From: Ophelia neglecta
Taxonomy: Eukaryota
NCBI GenBank assembly: GCA_965285935.1
Contig: OZ260663.1
Coordinates: 26,598,001-26,662,000 of the forward strand
Direction of reading: 5' to 3'
DNA length: 64,000 nucleotides
Positions within the stretch are counted from its first letter, which is position 1; every line of letters starts with the position of its first letter. The position numbers and the translations under genes were made by a program. Of this stretch, positions 48,931 to 62,022 are shown piece after piece. The notes under the pieces are model-generated. The model worked only from the letters and a program-made list of their open reading frames with translations. It had not been told where the DNA came from and did no database searches.

Positions 48931-50733
48931 ACTGGGTGAAAAGGGGTGGGCTAGGAGGGGGGGGGGGGGCAGGGATGGGTAATCCCTCTCGGGGGATTAT
49001 GCCCATTTTCTAATGAGATTTATTGGTAGAGACACAACGGTATTGATAGCGTCACAGAGGCTTACACCACATGCCCCAACTTCGATGTAAATATGTCATC
49101 CCCTTATACAAGTTAAGACCGACCGTATTCTTCACATTAGGGGTTACCCTCATGTACTTCTTTTCTTTTCAATAATGGAAGCGTGAAGTATTAGCAGCAT
49201 TCGCTATCTGGATTACTAAAGAACTACAGTCTAGACGAGCACGTCGAGTGTGGGGCGATCACGCGGAGGTAGAGTGTTGACAGGGAGATTTCTTTGATAA
49301 ATGTTGTGTTTTAGCTTTGTCATCCAGCAGAATGTAGACCACGGTACAAGCCAGTGTACAAGAAACATTAACCTGGTTATCATCGCGTTTTAAGGCTTGC
49401 AATGATTAAGATAAGCGGCTACTCTCGAAAAAGTAAATAACGAATGGAAATTACCTTAAAGCCAAATCATGTGTAAAGAAAAGTCCATTGAATCAGTCCA
49501 GAACCAACAGGAACCAGCAGCAGTAGGCCCACAACACTCAACAAGTAACTCCGGAGCTCCCCAACAGTAAATCAACTTGAAATGCAAATACGAAAGAATG
49601 AAAGCCTAAATTTGTATCTCTTGCAATGAGAAGTAGTCAACAGGTTTTCATGACGCGGAAAGACATGAAATATGTCTATGATGGTCTAAGCTCTCTCAAA
49701 ATGTACAAACCAAATATGAAATTGTCTCATAAACGGGTACCTACACTCGGCGTAGTGCGAGCTGTTAACCTTACCCCCCCCCCCCCCCCGCACTTTGAGC
49801 GGAGCGTGTAACGGGCCAGGGCAGGGGTTTTGTATTATTCTCCCGCACTGCCGACAGGGCAGAGCCGAAGACAGGGACCCCAACAAACACAATATAAGAG
49901 ACTAATGCACACTAAAGCGGAAAGGGGTGAAAATCTCTCCGATAGTGAAAGTAAAAGTTAAGTGTATAAAGTAAACGTGTCACGCTTTTATTGTGACTGA
50001 ACACATGCATACATACGATCTAATATCAGTATAAAGCAGATGCGTATGGCCCCTAGCCCTTACCTGGATGTACTTTATCACAAAGCATTATAAATCGTTT
50101 TGATTATCACAGGGTTAGCAACATGTTATAAGTGGAGGGGGCGTCGTCCACGTGCAAAGTATTCACAGAACAACGGACGTGATCGGATTCCGAACGTAGC
50201 AAACGTCCATGAAAAAGGAACATTATCTGCTATGCCACAATGTGTATATCGTTCACCTCCTTCGCCTTGCAAATTACACCTGTTCACCTTGCGGCGGCTT
50301 ATTGTTTTCTTAGAACACTGTGAACTATTATCGAGACAGGGTTATTCCCTCCGTGTAGTACTGATTTGTGTACTTTACTTTGGCCATGAAACCATACTAT
50401 ACCGCCTGATGTGTACTCAATTTAGCACTTGGTTGCGTGTTATTCAATGAATCACATTTATGACAGATATTCCATAAACATTACTGATGAATTAAATCCA
50501 AACGAATTATCGTGAACTATAAGGTGCAGGCTCCATTCCATATTCTTATTCCATAATAGTTAATAAGCTGGAAAAAAAAAAGTAAGATAAAATATCAATA
50601 ACCTTGAGAGGTACTCAACAGTTTCAAAGAAAAGGTCGATTAAAGAAGTGAGTGGGTGATCAACATAGGAAAAGAGTGATATATAATCAATAGAATTCAC
50701 TATACGGTGGTCTAGGCTCTCGTAAGACTCCAG

Positions 50734-52810
50734 GGGCCTGTTTCATAAAACTTGTCTAACATTTAGTTAGCTAAGTAGTTTAGCCGGCTAACGTTAGCCG
50801 GCTAAAACTCGCGTGGGCTAACCGGTTTCATAAAGCTAGCTAACTAAAATAGTTAGCCGGCTAACGTAAGCCCAGGCTAAGTTCTGTCTAAGATCAAGCC
50901 GGGCTAAAATGGCGACGGGGAACCAACCCGAAGCGTATGTGCGCATGCGCGCTGAGTTTGTTTGTCAATAGCAACCCACGTGCTGCCACGCGGCGAGAAA
51001 AGGTGAAAGTGTGTACGTTCCACATTTATAAGAAATGATACTAATGGAGCATCGTGCTTTAAGAAGAAATTGGCTTTACATTTCTTGGACAGTAGGAATT
51101 GCTCAGTGCTGATCTATAGATATTAAGGTAAATGGCCGTTATAACTAATTGATTTCAGAAGCTTGGGTTATTAAATGTTCTGGTCTCTTGTTCAAGTCAG
51201 ACAGAAGAACATCTTCTGTTCCAAAGGCCAAAGGTTTCAAAGTAAACACCAGGCATAGTGGGGTAATCGTAATACTTCTGTCTTCCGAAGTATCCTTGGT
51301 AAATGAGAACATTTCCATAAGCTTACACAAGGTTACAGAATACATTCATGTTTGTGGAACTAACAGATGATGCCCATACGTATGTTCTGAACACATGCTG
51401 CGCTCAAACTACTCCATAGCTTAGCTTTTACAACTCGTGTTCATTGAGAAACCGTGCCTTTCTGTGTTGCACGCCCTGAGCAAAACGCACGAGTCCGCTA
51501 TGCTCGCCTGGTTGGGAAAGTAGTTAAAAAAACGTTGAGCACTCGGTTATGAATGCTCTAACTTTAATTACTGTCTTAGACTTAATGCAGAACAGACCCA
51601 GAGTGTCAAGTAGAGGCTTAGGCCGCATTGTCGGCTGAATGCAGTGCACTTACACTGTCTATGTGTAATGAATATACCCTTCCGAATGTATATCTAACGA
51701 TTGCTTTACAATAAGAATAGCGGGGCAAATATTGGATACACAGTGTGGGCCTAAAGTGAATACTTTCGCTCTTAATGCGAGTTCCTCTGGTAGAGTTTAA
51801 GCCTTTTTCTATATGAATTGAGCAAAGTTCAGTAAGATCGACTGGGGTCGTTTGCTTTTGTAAATAAACATATAGCTATAAAAAAAACGCTTTGTTTGTA
51901 GGGGGCACGATCACTATAGAGCACATAGAGGAGGGGTTTAAATGGTGACTTACATTTAATTTGAGATCGAGTATAGAAAATGGACCATAGGGGGTGTCAA
52001 TGTGGTTGGTTTTGATTATACCTCACAGACCGCAGGCAGTGTGTTAAGAGTTGTGTAATCATATGCAGTGCATAGGTGATCCGTCCTCGTGACCGTATTA
52101 GTTTTGATGGATATGCTGCCTCTGGGACCCATCATACTTTCCCATGGGTTTAGTTTGCATATCTGTGCTGATGTCACTCTGGTTAATATGGCTTTGATGT
52201 TCTTGTCACCTCGGTCTATTGGGCATGTAATCTCCTCCATTGAACGTTGTTTGGTTGCTGTCCGGCAAAGGATGACTCGCAAAATTAAAACTAAACTTTG
52301 TTAATACTGAATGCATAGTCTAGGGAAAAATGTCAACTATATAGGTAAATGCAATATGCCTTCATATTCAGTAAAGGATTGGACTCTCCTTGCTCAATGT
52401 AAGTTCGTACTGTGAGAGTAATGTTTGGCGACTCTCATCATGTGCACCCAGCTTTTCAGTGTGGTTAAGTCGATCACGTTCAACCTTTGTAACATCTCGT
52501 GTAGAATCTTCAATTGTTTCTCTAAAATAAACCGACTTGCTTCAACTCATCTTGTGTTTCTTCTTAGCAAGAAAACAATAGATCAACTCTTGCGCGAGCT
52601 GCACTGCCACCTTGCCACCTATCGGTTATAGCGCAAGCCGGTCCTTTTGATATATTGGCACCGCATGGCCTGTCTAAACAGTGTCGTTCATAACATGGTG
52701 ATTGTTACCAACCTCCATGTTTACTTAGAACATCTTCACAAGATTCCAAGGTCGAGAATGGTCACTGCTGTTGATATTCCCTATATTTGGACCTTAGCTT
52801 AGACAGGCGG
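50734..52810 (+). mobile_element. Harbinger element: well-preserved left end, decayed transposase
   Basis: CAG|GGGCCTGTTTCATAAAAC terminus and three TTAGCCGGCTAA palindromes. Degenerate LIYRY, SISLHKVTEYI and ISSIERCLVAVRQRM occur in HARBI1 motif order. Right TIR not found, so the right boundary is approximate. Confidence 0.6.
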
Positions 52811-54699
52811 TATGATATCTACCGAGTCATTTGAAGCCTTTTAGACACATTGCGTTTATGCTTACATTGATCGATGTAATAACACTTACGAGTGTATTCA
52901 AACTACCATCAGAATACTGGCTATTTTATATTGAGTATTACTTCTCCGTCCCTGTGTAAGGTCAAAGTGGTAAGGAGAAATAATGAAATGGCCTTAAACG
53001 AGCATAAAGCTGGTCATTAATAATATTGGTAGATGTAAAATTCCCCTCCAATGAACTAGTAACAAAATGTTTCGTAAACATAACTTAACAAATGAACAAT
53101 GACTTAAAGTTTTAACAGCGCCTAGTAAATCACAGCAAGTATGTCTCGAGTAAGCTTAACAACAACTGTGGCCAATGTGTTTTGTTTCTTAACGTATTTA
53201 TGTGTACCACCAAACTCAAACGTCGTGTTATGTTTATTGACTTCAGATTCAACATTACGTATGCGTTGATTCATGGCGTGGTGAATTTGTAAGTGCACAC
53301 AACCTATTTGCACCAGCTTACTATTTGCACAAGGTTTTCTGTAGACTCATTAATTGACGCAACGATAGAGAACTAAGGAGGAGGGAGGAGGGTAGATAAT
53401 TTAGAAAAGCAACATTCGTTGGCAGCGACATTTGTAAAGTATTATTTTAGACCAATTCTGTTTAAAGTAAACCGTCTATTTGACCTAAAGTTATTAAGAA
53501 AAATATCGAAGTTTGCACGCATATATTTAATCCTCTACCCCCCCCCCCCCCTTCCTCCAGCCCTTACCTAAATGTAACTCCTCCATATTCTATGAATGAA
53601 CTGTTATTATTGATCCATATTTTACAACAATTCATTTTTATTTTTTATTTTAGTTGTATGCATGTTAACGTAAATAGATTGTAAACGTAACTATAACAAG
53701 AAATGTGTGTTGCATTTAAAAAGAGCACAAAGGCCAAATAGGTTTACCTACCATTTATTGCATTCGCAAGGAGGCATTAGAGGCGATGGCAGTTCCTATT
53801 CTTAACCGGACACAGAAGGTTTGTCCCAAAAATATATTAAACAACAAGGTTGGAATTAAATGTTTTAGACTAGAAAACAGGAGAGAAAAGTTAAAACAGG
53901 TCGTTTGTTATAGGGGCGTTGGGTACGATTTTTGGATGACTACAGGATAATAAATTATATCACCTATTTCAGTACAAATTTGAAAATAATTATATGAATA
54001 ATGCTACTAACATTGAGTTTCTATTGATATCATCGAATGTAAGAAATATTTACTAAAATAATTCACACCATTGATGGCTTGGGTAGAAAGTTTCCTTCTA
54101 CATCGTTTGATTTTCTAATTTGGCAAAACCTGATATCTCAATAATAATATTCTAGACTAATGGTCATAAGTGTCATTCATGTAATGTCATTGCTTTGTCG
54201 TCTCATTAAGAAAAGAAAGGGGCGGTACAAATAATGCAAACATATGTTAAATATATGTAAATATATATATGTATGTGTGTGTGTGTTATTGCATGCCCGG
54301 GTGCAACATTACGAAAGGACAATTTGACATATTCTAAACGACCCATGGTAAAAGTATGCTCTCTTCTTCCTCGGCGGCGCATGAACGAATACTTGTTTTA
54401 CATATGGCACCAATTTCTACCACAAGTCTGCTATATTGGGCTAATAAGGAAAACCCTGCCGCTGTGCGCAATATATGTTTGAATGCACTCTGTATAGTCC
54501 TCTTGTGAGGTCCTCCTCCTCGACTATATGATATAAGAGATGACTATAAGAAATACCCAGCACTATTTGGTTACCATCTGCGCCGCTAGGCTAGTTTTCA
54601 ATGTCGGTTTGGTGCAGCTTCGAATTCAATTGAGACATGATTTAATGTATTGGCAGTGTTTCAATATCCTAAACTTTATTTCGAACACTCTTGCTTTAA

Positions 54700-55400
54700 A
54701 GTAATGGGAATAGCACAAGGTGAATTGATAAAAAGTACAGTGTACAATTTACATTTACGTTTTCAAGCCATATGAACGGTGCAACAAAAGCAAATACAAA
54801 ATGTGGTGATGGGGTTATCGCAATATGCCGACTAGCTCTTAATGTATTTTAACAACGCTAGAAGACTGAATGATACAATGGACACAAAATATAAACGCTG
54901 CTATATTCAGACGTCCTAAATGTATTGACATACATTGTTATTGAGTATCGCTGCAATGTGTTAGGCCAGCTTGTAATGACTATGCAATTAGTTATTGACA
55001 TAGCATAGTTTGAAATACCAACGAGACACATAGGTGTAAAGCCCCCGTGAAAGCTCGCTCCTAAGTAATGGGCATATTTGTTTCTTATCACAAAACTGCT
55101 GTTTAACTAGAGTAACTGAGGGGATTTTGGGACACACAGAACTAGGTTGAGCGGCACATGCGCACTGCAAAATGTACGAAATGACTGCAACGAAGCACTT
55201 CTGTAACGATTGACGGTACCCAGTCAGATCACATTGCAAAGCGCCACGCTGATTATAGTTTTATAAAAGTGATAAGGGTGTGAGCAGATTTCTTAGTAGC
55301 AGTGATATCACCTAGCCTTTACCACGCATGGATACCCCAGTTATTTTTTTACAAAGTGCCCGTCTTACAGTCCGTCTCTTCGATCAATGGTAAATCTCCC
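54700..55400 (-). mobile_element. CR1-type LINE RT fossil
   Basis: ITGVS, LQCDL, HYLGAS, MYVNTFRTSEYSSV..P and RASRH are collinear with SGVPQ, LQxDL, KYLGV, YxxLVRPxLEYASxVWxP and RAAR. Confidence 0.55.
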
Positions 55401-56199
55401 AAATGATCTATAAAAAAGACATATTACTGCAAAGCTGTGCCGGATATTTATTACCCATGTACCGGAAACGTGGACATCTCAATTAATTTTTTAAACAGTA
55501 AACTCATATCCAGCTACATGTCTCTTTACCTAGTTTATCTGACAGCGTCAGTCCCTGAACGAAGGTATTGGGCAATTATTTATTTCATCGCCAAGAGTAA
55601 TTGTAGCCATATGTGTAAGTTTGAGTTGCCGCTGTAACAATAAATATCTTGTTTCGCTCATGTGTGTCTCATTGTACTTATGTTATCACATCTTGCCAAT
55701 CTGCACACAACAGTATTATAATTTGCACCCTCAATCATTGTAAATGTATGTTAACTAAGAACAATGTTATATGATTGGCACTTACATAGCGAGTGGTTGA
55801 TGTGTTTCAGCCACCGGCAGTGAGAGTAAAACGTCACATTGAAGCTTCTTATCAGTGACTTTCCAATTTCCATCATGGCATTCAGCCGTGGGTTTTGATA
55901 CCTGTGGCAGAGAAGCGTCGCATCCAAAATGATATCTTGTTCTAAAGTATTTAAACTAATTTGTGAACGATACGGTATCAGAATGCATTATCACTTTTGA
56001 CATTCCATTTAATCTCACCAATCTTGTCAAAAACTAAAACCATGTCGCCGTTTTTGTTATGGTGTTGTCATCATTAATATCGATTATTTTTGACTCTATG
56101 ATGTCTAACATGCATGTAAGATCTTAATTAATCTTTCAAGCAAATCGCGCTGGAGTCACTGAAGTCGATTTCTTTCCCGGCATCATACAAAACTAAAAA

Positions 56200-56840
56200 A
56201 CGAAGTCGTTTTTGAGAGTGAGAATGCTAATTACAGCGTCATTAATTTTACATTAAAGATTCCTTTTCAACACTTGAAAAGTATATTGAGGGGGGGGATC
56301 TGTAAGCATACCTGCAGACAACACAGATATAAGTTGCTAGTAAAGTTAAGTGGAGTGCTTCATTTTATCCAAACATAAAAATCTTTCCGGTTTATATCAG
56401 CTCCTGTTCTCTTACAGTAATATAATGTCCAAACAGCTGGACTTTTCATGAATCTCAAGTGTAAAAGTAATTTTGGCATCCATATTTACCTTTATGTATG
56501 TTACTTTCTGTAATATAAATATATACTTTATTAATTCTCCACTTTCTGGATAGTAAACATTCAACACTTTAGTTTCCACAATCGGCCAGGTGTTGAAGTT
56601 TATCATTGGTAAGCTCCTTGTGAACCCCTGTCTGTTGCAAAGCGGATGTTGCAGTGTAATTCTTAAAATAAATGCTGGACGAATACAGTTATCAAATTTG
56701 CCTTGTTCAAGTGTCTTATAAACGAATAAATTGTAACGTAATAACAAATGTCTAGCTAAACCAAAGAGCTGTAATTCAAAAATGGGCAAGACTTGAAGAC
56801 TTGTATCAAAGGGGGTGAGTGCTAACTCATCTAGGATCAA
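56200..56840 (-). mobile_element. Penelope-like RT fossil
   Basis: LLLRYNLFVYK..EQG and VNMDAKITFTLEIHEKSSCLDI match LxxNxFxF..Q and LNxxHPxIKFTxE..FLDI, followed by LNFTSN (LxFxSxHP). The catalytic YxDD is lost. Confidence 0.6.
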
Positions 56841-59472
56841 ACATAAGTGTCAATCTTAAACATTTGATGCACTTCGATTCGACAAGTTAGTAATAGTAAC
56901 GCAATAACGAATTCTTATAAAGGGTACCAATCAAAACAATTCGTAACCTTCTTAGCCGAGGAGATTCTGCTATGCGCCGGGGAGATTGAATGGTACAATA
57001 ATGGAAACGTTCCCTTTCTTGTTTTAAACATTGTATTTTATTTAAATGCGATGTGTGGGGCAAAGGTCTTGCAGCCCCCCCCCCCCTCCACCCCAAACAC
57101 ACACACACACACCGATATATTATGTAAACGGTAAGATATAAATGTTGGTATGCCTCATTCCTAGTATCGTACTCCTTCTGTTATGTTGTTCTCAAGGATA
57201 TTTCGGCAAAGCTTCCATGAAGCGTTGCACAAGGCTACTATATCAAATTGTTTAATCAAATTATGTTTTGTTCCAGGATTGTTCAATAGGATGGTGCACG
57301 TTTGTGCGCTCGCAGTTCTTTGGATCTCCCTGCCGAGCAGAGCACGTGAGTAGCTTCTTTATGTTGATCCTTCATATGCAACGGTACAATCGCTGGTCAT
57401 TTCATAAAGTTAAGTAATAAGATATAGGTCACCTAGTGTTGTACAACAGAACTGTGTTGTTTATACTCCCATCCTGAGCGTGTCACACAATAATATGTCC
57501 AAACGAAAAGAGTTTGCGGCGGCAGTATAACAATACGAATATTTATAAGCCCATCGCATAAGCAGCCATGGGCAATAATCGGATAAGTTCTTATTAAAAG
57601 GCGTAATGTTGTTGTTTTTAAAATGTCTCACCAAGTAAAGCGGTTCAGTGCTAGTCGTTTATTTCGGAAACAACTTCAATGAATATTTTTTCTGTACTTA
57701 ATCATAAACAGTAAGAGAGTGGGTGGTGGCTGACAACATAGTAATTAAACCTATTTAATGTGCATTGTTCTGATTCAATATGATACTTGCGGTTTTTGAA
57801 CATATGACAAGGGTAACAGGGAGGGGGGTTAACATTCCCTCGGCTCCCCCCTCCCTTAGCTTAAGCTATTGAACAATTACGCTTTGGTATGACTTGCATA
57901 TACTTTTTGGTACATTTTGCGAAAACAAATAGTAAACCGTCCGCATTATATTGTTTCATTAGTCGTCGTTTCTATACGATAGTATATGTTTGTATTGATA
58001 TGTCCGTCTATAAGTGAAGATGGTGAAAATGTTTTCTCAAAGATTAAGAAACATGTACCTTTTTATTGGTGTCAATAGAAATGATAGACGTTGGCGATTT
58101 CCTCACTTCATACTGCATGGCAAGGCATGACGTTTTGAGATATAAAGCAACACATGTGAAAAAGACGAAAATAAACAAATGATCTTACCCAATACGTTGA
58201 ACACTCGCGTCCGAACCGAGCTCTAATAAACCATAGAGTTCGGACACTTAAAGGACCGGTCAACAACTACGGTGCACGATCCCTCGTGTTCAGAAGACGA
58301 TTAGTAACGATGATTTCGAGTTACTTACCTAGTTCCTTGTTAATAGACAAGTTCTTTATCATTTGATAAAGGCATATATCACAAAATGAATGTATCACAG
58401 ATGAAGGCGGACATTTAATTAGTGTTATGTATGGAATGAACAACTTGCTGGCAAGCAAAACAAATCGCGCATGTGTTGGAGAATATGGGTTAATGCGGGT
58501 GGACATCCCAAGGATACGGTACGACACTTGATACCTTTTAATAGCCGCATAATTCAGTAGCCATTCGGGTACGGCCTCCGGCGATGATCAAACTCGTAAA
58601 CAGTAATATATTGGAAATACCAGCCATATATCCCAGTAGGTGACGGCACATTACATACATTTAACTACCTCACCTTCAATTAACTCGGCCTGAAAGATCA
58701 TGACAGACTTCGGCCAATAAAATTTGCACCTTAAGACCAGAGGACACATGATGTTAACCGGTGGTAGCTGCAGGTTCAGACGGGAGTCTTAATTAAGGGC
58801 GGCGTTCGCTTCTCCTATACAATCCAGAGCTGGCCCCTTAAATGTTGGCAACGGGTTAACATACTGACATAAACTGTTACATTGATAAGTAAGTCCATAG
58901 GCGTGATTTCCGCTCTGCGTGCTGGAAGAAAACCCTCATATTTTGTTTCAAGTTTTATTAGTCTGCACCTAAAAAGAAAAATCATATTAAAACCTTTAAA
59001 AAAATTTGAATTTATTTATACGTAAACGAAGTTTGCATTCCGAAGCAGACGAACTGTCCACATATACGTGTTTTTCCTGCTAGCTTAGGCGGTAATTGAG
59101 TTGTCATCTTGACAGTTTTATAGTGACAAATGCCGATCATTACGATTGCCGCTCTAGTGGCTATACGTCAACTGTTCAGATTATATGCTAATTAATTTCT
59201 AGGCAAAAGTAGGCCCTGCGAACTTTATAAGCGTCTGCTATGACCTTAAACATGTGCCTGGCTTTTTGCCAATGAAGAACATTCTTTACGAAATTGATGA
59301 ATCAATTATATTTAACCCTTCGTGCTAGTTTCCTTTATACCTTAATAAATGTAACACTGTTTGAAAGCAGTTTCGAAGAGAATGCGAGTATACCAGTCAT
59401 CTGTAGTTTAATCTGCCTCTTGACCCCAGCGTGAGGGCAGCGAATGTTAGCTACTTACATTCCATATCGCAC

Positions 59473-59480
<8 letters not shown>

Positions 59481-59507
<27 letters not shown>

Positions 59508-59519
59508 GGGGGGGGGGGG
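59481..59519. repeat. (GT)13 microsatellite abutting a G13 run
   Basis: Read directly from the sequence. Confidence 0.95.
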
Positions 59520-59949
59520 TCACTGCAGTGCCTAGCCGTTAACTGCATCCTTGGGTTGCCCATGGGGAGTCGTAAATCCGAGGTCATTCGGACGTTATCA
59601 CTTTGTAAGTACCATAACGAAAACATATGAAGCGTCGTTCGCAAAGAAACTAGTCATGGTTGCTATATGCCGTTAGCGAAATGAAATCCATGACATTAAA
59701 TAACGAATGTGAACAATATCCACAAGCCTAACGCCAAGATTTAACCTTAAATATAAAATGTAATATCCAAACAACGGCAAATGGTTGCTATATATCACAG
59801 ATGGTCCTCCACGAATTAGTAGAAGTGACCTTGGTTATTTGACAGCAATCAACGTGCCACCAACCAGCAACGAAGGATTGCCACCTCTGTCGAACAAAAT
59901 TATATTACACGAAGGTTAAAATTTGAAATCCCAATAGGAATGTCTTCTA

Positions 59950-60860
59950 TAAGTGTCACTTTTCAAATTATTCTAACGTTAGTCGAATCCATCATTTTAC
60001 GTTTACTGTTATACAGGTTTTCTAAAAACAAAAAATTGTACTAAATGCTCGCGTAACTGAGCATGAAGCAATGTATCGACATTACCATAATTGACATAGA
60101 CCGCCACTCCCATCTGGGCTCTAACTCTTACCATAAACTCAATTAGCCTGCTGGTTTTCTAATTAGGTCCATAACTGCCAACCCTACTGTTTTCTCAATA
60201 AGTAAGTAACAGGCGGAACACATAAAATGTGCACATTCACACCCAGTCGACTAAATTAGATTTTTATCAGTTGTAAACATACCGTAAGGAGCTCTTTGTT
60301 ATTCCAGTCCATCGAACCCAATTTAGATAGGACATCCATCGCTCGTCAATGGTCGTCTGCATTATAACGTTATTATCAGTAGGGTGTGACCTATATTGTT
60401 TCAGCAATAATTGAAGAAAGGTATGGAAAACATATGAGAACGCCTCGACAAGACGTTATCTTGCTAAGAAAGTGTATGTCTATTAGTTACGCGTTATCGC
60501 AAATAATCCCTATACAAATGGCAAGCATGGTCATTGTTTATTCAACGGCACATGAAAACATGTTTCGTTGTTTATATATCACATGAAAGTGCAATCACTA
60601 AGATTCCTTGTACACTAACCTCTTTACCTCTGCAGTACGACACGTTAGCTCAACTTGTCTGCATCCATATCATATTAGCCACGATGATTAGGTTGTCCTT
60701 CTCAATCAAGAGATTGCTGTTACATCTAACGCTTATGCCACTGCCACCCGTTCAGGCCAGTTTACTTGTCGCCACATATCTTATCTATGAGAAGTGTCTA
60801 AACGACACAACTCTGTTCTATCGAATGCAATTACGGGGCTGTCTAAGCCAATAAGTCGAC
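59950..60860 (+). mobile_element. L2/Crack-type LINE RT fossil
   Basis: SHLGS..LN*P, TYIVSAIIE..KHM, LSQIIPIQ..VYS and SIKRLLLHL..YEKCLN are collinear with the RT C-terminal motifs. Confidence 0.4.
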
Positions 60861-62022
60861 TGACCTTGCGTCTTTACTATGTATTTACGGTTATCGTATG
60901 ACACAGCCTGTAGTGGTCCTCACTTTGGATTTACGGTGGGTTTCAATGAATACTTTATTTCTGTTTTCTACTTTTAAATGTGTCCATCCGTGATTCATAT
61001 TTTAGAAACAATATTAATAAATTTTAAGCTGTACTATTTTATTATGTATATATAATAAAACACGTAGTTTGTGTGTGTGTCATTTATGATGCTTAGTGCT
61101 TTCTGAAACATTAATTGTCCCTTCTTTGACTGGGATTCTAACGTTCTGTTTGTGCTTCGTTTAATCAATGATCCATTCTTTTGACTGAATTTTTGACCTA
61201 CTGCCTTGTTTTAACCACTTGATCATTCTTTTGAATACGTTAATTTTAAATAAGGATAGCAGTTTAAGTGTAGCTCATCAACGGTTTTCAATCGTTCACT
61301 TGAATGGAGTTTCTGCAAACATAGGCAAGATATTACCATTGCTGATTGCCAGACGCCTTTGAAATAATACCGCTCTCACTGGACTTTACATTATGTAACT
61401 GGCCGTCTTGGCACTTTTACTACATTGACTCATCAGCAACGATGTATTCCAATAACGACTGCACCATTAACATTTCGCAGACATGCTGAGAAAGCAAAAC
61501 ATTAAAAAACTTCCTCTTGCACATATCTTAAATGAAAACAATCTATACATAAATGTTGTAGAGCTCAATTATTAACCAAGCAGATAATACTCTCGTAAAT
61601 CCTGGTATAAATGCGTTGAACTGGTCAAATAACTGACGTCCGTCATCATATATGTATGTGATCGCAAAAACTAGTTTTGTTCATGAACATACCCACTGGG
61701 ACCGATACGTTTTTAGAATTGAACCTGCTGCTGCAATATGAATTCTGGAAACAAATAGAATCTGATTTCAAGCTGTGATAAGCTGGCGGCCAGAGACAGG
61801 TTGAAAGAGATCCATTGGCATACCAAGTCTCAATAAACCAAAATGTATAAATAAATATATTGAAATGTCGAATCTGGGAACCTCGCAAAACACATAAAAT
61901 AACATAGGATTCAATTGAAATCGAATTCCCGGCGTGTGAGGTGTGCTAGTGACGATTCTCCCACTTTCTTTTGTATATTTGTTTATGCCATCTTGACTCC
62001 AATGAAGGCTTTCCTCGGAATC

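Noticed and set aside
61323-61345. miR-31-like sequence AGGCAAGATATTACCATTGCTGA
   Set aside because: Four mismatches to miR-31 and no complementary star arm, so no precursor hairpin.
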